Shown here: positions 60,183 to 64,000 of the stretch, in pieces
How the letters are laid out: each line of letters begins with the position of its first letter
Position numbering within the stretch: the stretch's first letter is position 1
Source of the DNA: Spirochaetia bacterium
Lineage (GTDB): Bacteria > Spirochaetota > Spirochaetia > DSM-27196 > Salinispiraceae
NCBI GenBank assembly: GCA_038204425.1
Contig: JBBRCZ010000001.1
Span: 512,639 to 576,638 of the forward strand
Direction: 5' to 3'
Length of the DNA stretch: 64,000 nt
Notes under the pieces: generated by a model
What the model saw: only the letters and a program-made list of their open reading frames with translations
Databases searched by the model: none
Told to the model about the DNA's origin: nothing
Position numbers and translations under genes: made by a program

Positions 60183-60563
60183 ATGATAGAACAATATACA
60201 TTTAACGAATTGATTGTTGATGTGTTACAAAATTCTGGTATGCCAATGTCTTCTGAAGAAATTTGGCAAAAAGCTATAGAACTAAACCTGGATAAAAAAA
60301 TTGGATCCTCAGGTAAAACACCATGGGCAACAATCGGTGCCCGTTTATATACAAACATTAAAGAAAACCAAAGTAGTAGCACCTATATTCAGGTTTCGAA
60401 AAGACCAACTAAATTTACTTTGCGTTCACTATATACAAATCCAACACAAACTGAACTTATTGTTGAACAACAAGTTGAAAAGAAAGAAGAGATCGAAGAA
60501 AGAATAAAATTTCATGAAAGAGATTTACATCCATTATTGGCCAAATATGTCTTCAGTGATCCT
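60183..60563 (+). pseudogene. Truncated HARE-HTH/HrgA-like protein
   Basis: GKTPWATIGARLY and FHERDLHPLL motifs. Similarity stops at SDP, where attC-like DNA begins (the ORF runs on to 60674). Confidence 0.7.
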
Positions 60564-60573
60564 CTTTTGATAG

Positions 60574-60641
60574 TCGCTTCGCTCGGCAAGAATCGCACCA
60601 AGTCCTTCGGGTCGGAATTGCAGGTTAAGCAATTGTTGGAT
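60574..60641 (+). mobile_element. Right half of an attC-like site
   Basis: TCGCTTCGCTC...GCAGGTTAAGCaattGTTGGAT gives L' plus R' (GTTRRRY) and shares GCAGGTTAAGC with the site at 16-78. The left arm is absent. Confidence 0.5.
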
Positions 60642-60657
60642 GGACGCAGTACCATTT

Positions 60658-61380
60658 TTATCCGAGCCAGTTGATGATATTCATAGTCTTTTCAAAATAG
60701 TCGGCTTTCAAGAAGTCATCATCGTATTTGTTGGAACACATCATTGGGTGTCTGCTTTTGAAGATGGTGCCGCTTCCTATGAATTCTATACATTCTTGCG
60801 CTTCTTGCCCCCATAGCAACCAGGTTAATCCCGGTGTTTGCTCATCGATATAGCGAAATAATTTTGAAGTCCAAGCATCCCAAATTTTGCGATGTGCCTT
60901 GGGTCTGCCAATTTCTGTTGTTAGGTATCTGTTCAAAAAGAGAACTCCTTGTTGTTCTAGGGAGTCAAACCATTCTTTTGGGGGTTTGATTTTGAAGTGA
61001 CCTAAATTGATATCAGTGACAATATCTTTATATTTTTTTATTTGTCCATATGCTTCAATGTGATTATAAGTTTTATGGATCAGACGAATGATGTTTTTCA
61101 AAGAAATTTGACGATAGATCTGTGACCAATCTTTGAGATTGTCGGGCTGAAAGGATCTTCCATTGGCGACTCGTACTCCGTTGTCCAAAGAAGGGTAAGG
61201 GTCCTGCCCAACTATACAGACCTTAATTTTTGATAAGTCACTGCTTAGAAAACGCAAAACATTTTTTCTAGCGGGCGTAAATTGATCTCCAATTTTTTCT
61301 TCAATTGCAAGCAATTCTTTTTTATTTTCTTCGCTCAAAAACATCTTCCAATTCACAAAATTAGACTGATCATGCAACAT
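60658..61380 (-). CDS. ung: Divergent family-1 uracil-DNA glycosylase
   Basis: IVGQDPYP, ANGRSF, QGVLFLN..LT, LLWG and SRHP motifs. Confidence 0.85.
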   Translation of the reverse strand: MLHDQSNFVNWKMFLSEENKKELLAIEEKIGDQFTPARKNVLRFLSSDLSKIKVCIVGQDPYPSLDNGVRVANGRSFQPDNLKDWSQIYRQISLKNIIRLIHKTYNHIEAYGQIKKYKDIVTDINLGHFKIKPPKEWFDSLEQQGVLFLNRYLTTEIGRPKAHRKIWDAWTSKLFRYIDEQTPGLTWLLWGQEAQECIEFIGSGTIFKSRHPMMCSNKYDDDFLKADYFEKTMNIINWLG

Positions 61381-61570
61381 ACTTTACCCCCACATCAAAA
61401 TATATTTTTGGAGTATATACCCTTGATTTTGCATGGACTATATCTTGGTGAGCAATATATGGCAAACATTTATTAATAAAATAGGGGATAAATTCAATAT
61501 GGGCAGAACCTATTGTAGAAACAGATATAACAAAAGAAAATTATACATTTACCGAAAGGGTACGATATAA

Positions 61571-62702
61571 GTCAAGATAGTTTTCGCCAGTAAGAGGGCG
61601 AAACTGAATGAAGTATTCCATAGGGTTCAGAGCTTCAACTGTCCGCAAGACTCAAGACGGAAGTGGACCAACCGGTTACGATTACTACCTGGATTCAATT
61701 ATACCCAAAGGGTAAGCTATCCTTGGATGGTGCTGATGCAGTGACGCCTGATCTACGCGGTCCCGGGGCAAAGTTATCACTCTTGCTTGAGGGTAAAAGT
61801 CTGCCCGAGGATCAAAAGGGCGAGTGGATTTGTAAGCATGGGTTACACTCCGAACATCTCCCACTCTGGGCACAGGAGCTGACTACCTTTATAACAGACA
61901 AACAAGCCGACCTTGTTCGCAAGGACAGGGCGCTGGTCGAAGCTGCCGTCATGACTACGCTAAAAAAAACTTCCGGCATTTCTTTGCGGACGATCCAGAC
62001 GAGGCGACCTGACCACCGAAGCCGAACGAGAAGAAATCTTGGCATAATACGCTGAAGTATACCGTTGGCTACGCCAAGGTCTTTGAATCCTTGAGCCATG
62101 CCCGTGAATGGTTTTGCTGCTTTTGTCCACTGGTACAATACCACCCATTTGTATTCTGGATTGGGATATGTCACACCCCAGCAACGCCGCTGGGGAGAAG
62201 CTCAGGACATCTACCAGAAGCGAGACGAAGCTTTGCAGGCCGCGCGAGCCAGAAACCCTTTGCGGTGGCGTCAAGGCAAAACAAAGATATGGGCCAGTGA
62301 TCCGGTTTTCTTTGGGTACCGTCCATTGGAGCAAGCTGCTTAGTAAACTTACTGCGTATCATGACATGAGTATAGCGGACGGTGCTTTCGATAGTGCGAT
62401 GGCGCTGCAGTTCCTGGACATGACGAATGCTTGCGCCGTTTTCCAGTAAATGAGTGGTTGTCGAATGCCGGATAGAGTGCGTGGAGATTTCCGGCTTGTC
62501 CGTGTCGGCGCGTTTGAGCAGTTTCCGAAAGCGTTCACTGATGGTGGCGCCTGGCAGGTGCCCTCCCTTGGTCGCGCCCAGGCTTCCGGCGAAGATCCAG
62601 GAGTCGCCTTGCTTATTTGGGGTCTGTCTCCTGGGGGGGGGCACATTATAGCGGGCATTCTCTAATAGTTTTCGCCAGAAGGAGGCGAAAACTATCTTGA
62701 CA
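61571..62702 (+). mobile_element. Internally deleted IS3-family element with 18-bp terminal inverted repeats
   Basis: GTCAAGATAGTTTTCGCC (61571-88) pairs with GGCGAAAACTATCTTGAC (62684-701). Inside are a degraded OrfA (MKYSIGFR...RKDRALVEAA..LKK, A8 at 61962-69) and an OrfB tail (WYN..HLYSGLGYVTP...ARNPLRW). The DDE core is missing. Confidence 0.82.
62359..62643 (-). pseudogene. Tyrosine-recombinase 3' remnant, copy 2 (285-bp repeat)
   Basis: HSIRHSTTTHLLENGASIRHVQEL..H..IESTVRYTHV; about 95% identical to 1446-1730. Confidence 0.85.
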
Positions 62703-62722
62703 GGTACTGGGATTGGCGCGGG

Positions 62723-63243
62723 TTAATAATTAATCTTGGTCAGAATAGTCTCAAAAAATTGTTTGTTAGGTGTTATTTTAGACCTGAGCACTGTATCTTT
62801 ATCTACGCCTAAAACAGCTAAGACTTGCTTGATATTTGAAACCACTGTCCAAACATTACCTTCATAACCGCCCAGTCCTATAATATGATTATCAGAATCA
62901 AAGATTTGATCATAAAATGTAACTACTGATTTTAAGAAATCAAACATCTTTTTCTCATTGTTTCGGTAGAGGAGCTGGGTAAGACCACATGAACCGGCTA
63001 TAAGGCACAGAGTACCCCAGGGAAGTAAGAGAAACTCGTCAACCAGACAGTCAATTAGAGCAAATTTCTTTGCTATAGCTATTTCCAATAGAGAAAATAT
63101 ATAAAACTGCTCACCATAGAGAACAGGCGTGGAATCAATTAGAATGCCAAAGCCATTGCTTTCAATCATTTCAAGTTTACTTACAGTATTCTTCAAATCA
63201 TCTGCATTTTTTGATTTCAAAACTATTTACCTGCTATTGGCAT
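62723..63243 (-). pseudogene. Putative immunity protein, probably with a 5' frameshift
   Basis: AGGAG-7-ATG at 63243 reads MPIAGK then needs one extra base to join the 165-aa ORF. It lies directly downstream of the toxin tip. Confidence 0.5.
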
Positions 63244-63299
63244 TTACTGCTCCTAATGTCCCATAAAATACGGAAGGTATTAACATAATTTACATCATT

Positions 63300-63812
63300 T
63301 TAATTTGTAATTGGGTTGAATGGTACTGTTATTATAAACACAATTGCACCCAACACTGCAAGCATTTGCGAAGTAGTCTTTACGGAATCTTCAAATTGTT
63401 TTTTCTCAAACAACTGATATCTTTTATTTGGAGCATAGGCTTCTTGCCGCTGTTCAACGGTGGAACCATTGAATTTCTGGTAAAGAATAACGCCAGGTGC
63501 TGGCGAGAAAAAGACTGCATACCCTCCGGGTGCTTCAACGACTCCATAAGTTCCAATATCTGAGCTGCTACCCGGAGTAGCTTTTAACCCTGCTGCTTTT
63601 AAGGCATATAATGCGCTAGTCCTATCTGGCGCAGCACTTGCTGAATCATTGACAGATTTGATTTCGTAGACAGCACCACTTGTTATATTGTAGATATCAG
63701 GTCTTTGTTTACCACCGCCAAATGCTTGGCAGACACTCAGCCATAGCTGGGTCCATCGACAACCATAGTCCTGTTTCTTCGTCTTGTTCTTTGCCACCGT
63801 AACGGTACTCAA
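63300..63812 (-). CDS. Orphan polymorphic-toxin tip with a PD-(D/E)xK (REase) fold
   Basis: RPDIYN....VYEIKS motif, PAPGVILY and a hydrophobic C-terminus. The 5' part looks unrelated or chimeric. Confidence 0.65.
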   Translation of the reverse strand: MSTVTVAKNKTKKQDYGCRWTQLWLSVCQAFGGGKQRPDIYNITSGAVYEIKSVNDSASAAPDRTSALYALKAAGLKATPGSSSDIGTYGVVEAPGGYAVFFSPAPGVILYQKFNGSTVEQRQEAYAPNKRYQLFEKKQFEDSVKTTSQMLAVLGAIVFIITVPFNPITN

Positions 63813-64000
63813 TTATTCTCGGCAATTTTGCGAATACCGTCAAGAACACAGTCAATCTCCCCATAAGTTGGAGATACTTGCTATTTTTCTGATACTAAAT
63901 TAGTTATTGACATTTACCTATACTTGCCGTCTATAGTGACAAGATCTGTTGCACCGAACTAGTAGAGAAATCTACTCACGCAAAAAGGAATGACTATGAT

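Noticed and set aside
61555..62710. GGTAC as a target-site duplication of the IS
   Set aside because: The left GGTAC (61559-63) is not adjacent to the left TIR.

Overview
Chromosomal window from what looks like a free-living spirochaete. The assignment is inferred from the gene set: a Borrelia-type small OMP, a FadL/TraF-like barrel, a sigma54-driven RpoS-like sigma factor, a JAB-DinG fusion and a stand-alone groES. The core (about 2.8-59.99 kb) holds housekeeping and signalling genes (hisI, gltX, radC, lysC, punA, dinG, groES, dapB/dapA, rsmA, comEC, pcm, ldhA, pfkA, deaD, hcp/hcpR, pyk) and four tRNAs (Lys-TTT, two Glu-TTC, Leu-GAG). Both ends are visibly AT-richer, decaying accessory DNA. 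Left end: two orphan Rhs toxin-tip/immunity modules separated by a tyrosine-recombinase remnant and closed by an integron attC-like hairpin. Right end, after tRNA-Leu: a truncated HrgA-like gene, a half attC, a divergent ung, an IS3-family remnant enclosing a second copy (about 95% identical) of the same recombinase remnant, and a REase-fold toxin/immunity pair. Other notable signals: a sigma54 promoter with ZraR-like upstream boxes before the RpoS-like gene, a Crp/Fnr box at -41.5 of hcp, at least seven apparently leaderless genes, and a membrane-anchored PIMT facing a spermidine-synthase-like membrane protein. All calls were made by eye from motifs; no database searches were run.
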